A DNA stretch of 64,000 bases from Thermoplasmata archaeon (GTDB taxonomy: Archaea; Thermoplasmatota; Thermoplasmata; Lutacidiplasmatales; UBA184). Shown here in pieces: positions 63,754 to 64,000 of this stretch. Within the stretch, counting starts at the first letter, position 1; each line of letters starts with the position of its first letter. The translations under genes and the position numbers were made by a program. The stretch covers positions 96,001 through 160,000 of the forward strand of contig JAGWLG010000001.1 of the NCBI GenBank assembly GCA_028864975.1, read 5' to 3'. Under the pieces are notes generated by a model. It was not told the DNA's origin. It ran no database searches and worked only from the letters and a program-made list of their open reading frames with translations.

Positions 63754-64000
63754 GCGCGAAGGAAGAGGAGACCGAGCAGCCCCAGGGCGAGCCGAAAGCC
63801 GTAGCCGCAGCGCGCTCCTCCTCCCATGCCACCGGGCCTCGCTGTCCCCAGGCCTCCTTAGCGCTGCTGCTCCTCGCGGTCGTTCTCTACGTCTTCGGGG
63901 TCTTCTACGTGCTCGACCCCTCGGCGTCGGTCGCCTCCATCCAGGGGGTCGCCACGGGAATCGGGCTCAAGCTCCCCGCTCCGCCTTCCGAGCCGAGCGG
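63750..64000 (+). CDS. Membrane protein, partial (runs off the window; absent from the ORF track)
   Basis: ATG overlaps the GMC stop (ATGA); MSAKEEETEQPQ...LALLLLAVVLYVFGVFYVLD TM; frame open to the window end. Confidence 0.6.
   Translation, partial: MSAKEEETEQPQGEPKAVAAARSSSHATGPRCPQASLALLLLAVVLYVFGVFYVLDPSASVASIQGVATGIGLKLPAPPSEPS

Overview
High-GC (roughly 65-70% by eye) archaeal chromosomal DNA. Archaeal markers are the RFC small subunit, Sec61-beta, an Hjc-type resolvase, a DUF35-coupled thiolase-fold protein, TATA-like promoters and CCA-less tRNAs. The gene style (many PKD/Kelch surface proteins, bacterial-type aceBA and argCJBGH) suggests a high-GC Thermoplasmatota lineage; this is an inference. 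In order, the window holds: an ABC permease end, two membrane proteins with YPQG-rich tails, a vapBC pair, an AT-rich intergenic gap, a glycosylation cluster (5 GTs, epimerase, AlkP-family enzyme, APS kinase), sec61-beta, an argCJBGH operon with an ACT-domain gene, a Kelch-PKD-ABC-permease fusion plus partner permease, GNAT/sppA/cupredoxin, rfcS-moaC-moaB-trx, tRNA-Arg(CCT), aceB-aceA, an HD hydrolase, a giant TPR protein with a RING-like tail followed by an SPFH/zinc-ribbon operon, a divergent MCM-like ATPase opposite hjc, a Cys-less thiolase with DUF35, tRNA-Ser(GCT) with a T-loop intron, hbd, a ~1170-aa beta-solenoid surface protein, DUF2130, and an SCP2-ADH-ALDH-SRPBCC-GMC cluster. The best-supported surprise is the 33-nt intron at tRNA position 59/60 with a readable BHB motif. 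No CRISPR array, transposase, integrase or rRNA was seen. All family calls come from motif recognition by eye; no database searches were run.
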